A DNA stretch of 64,000 bases from Octopus sinensis. Its lineage: Eukaryota. The notes below the pieces were generated by a model. That model saw only the letters and a program-made list of their open reading frames with translations. It had not been told where the DNA came from and searched no databases. The stretch covers positions 1 to 64,000 of the forward strand of contig NW_021832840.1 of the NCBI RefSeq assembly GCF_006345805.1, in the 5' to 3' direction. Each line of letters starts with the position of its first letter. Positions within the stretch are counted from its first letter, which is position 1. The translations under genes were made by a program, and so were the position numbers. This document shows positions 63,340-64,000 of this stretch, one piece after another.

Positions 63340-64000
63340 AGATGAGTCGCCGAGCGGATGGACAGGCAATTTCCACGTAATATCGCGAACGATATCCGCT
63401 GAAAAAGCCAGCTTGTTTCACAACTGTTGTGACTCCTCCTCGAGATGATTAAACCAATCTCTGAGAGGATTTTGAGGGCTTTGGGTCAATTATCCCACTG
63501 GTCTCGAAAACCAGAGGAATCAAGCAGCAGGTATCGGTAAAAGAGCCATATTTTGCAGTTTTCCTAGATTCGGCAAGGGCAGATGCAGATCCAGGACGAG
63601 AAGCGGAGTAACCAAAGATGATGAGGAAAATGAGTCTACGCAGGTAACATCCCACACGAGTGCCATTCCCTCCCTGAACGGGAATAAAGTCGACCCGTCA
63701 GGGCGTTTTCCGTCCCCACGGTCTAGTCCTATCGGTTCTAACATCGAGGGGAATCCAGCGGCGTTAAGCGCGCGCTTCACAACGTCGTTCAATGAGGCGT
63801 GCCTGGGGATCCTGCCGGCCCTGAGGCGACAAGAGAGAGGGTGTAAACCTCTCCTGTCAATGAGTTGTCCACATCTGCAATGGTGCGGCTGGCAAATCTC
63901 TATGCCAAGCCGTAAACAGATTCCGATGCGGACTGATTCGTTGTTTAGGAACATGCCCGCTGACGAGATCGGTAACGCATTCAGCCAATCGCCCGAATGC
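63340..64000 (-). mobile_element. CRE-like 3' fragment (continues off the window end)
   Basis: CRCG..HPLSC, RHASLN, GKRPDG..VWDVTC. Confidence 0.88.

Overview
Eukaryotic, AT-rich, transposon-dense window from an animal (ETS, PTB/SH2, KAT6 and axonemal dynein genes) whose spliceosomal introns are almost all 21-29 nt. That intron size is known from dicyemid mesozoans, but the taxon call is inference. Most recognisable sequence is mobile-element debris: about 15 CRE-like RLE retrotransposon pieces, RTE, R4-like and Jockey/L2-like LINE pieces, and Tc1, pogo/Tigger, hAT and Ginger-like DNA transposons, several with intact TIRs/TSDs or nested. The ORF track fragments the host genes, so I reassembled them by hand across GT-AG micro-introns: a KAT6-like MYST acetyltransferase, a Shc-like PTB+SH2 adaptor, a miniature KIF13-like FHA+CAP-Gly protein with no intact kinesin motor motifs, a divergent frameshifted ETS factor, a decayed DNAH2-like dynein, an orphan gene, and an elongator tRNA-Met. 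Also present: a 94-bp tandem array ending in (CAGA)n, a 20-bp minisatellite arising from a larger repeat, interstitial TTAGGG repeats, and a twin-priming-type inverted RTE insertion. All alignments were by eye and from memory of the families, with no database search. Many boundaries are approximate, and some 1-nt indels may be assembly errors.
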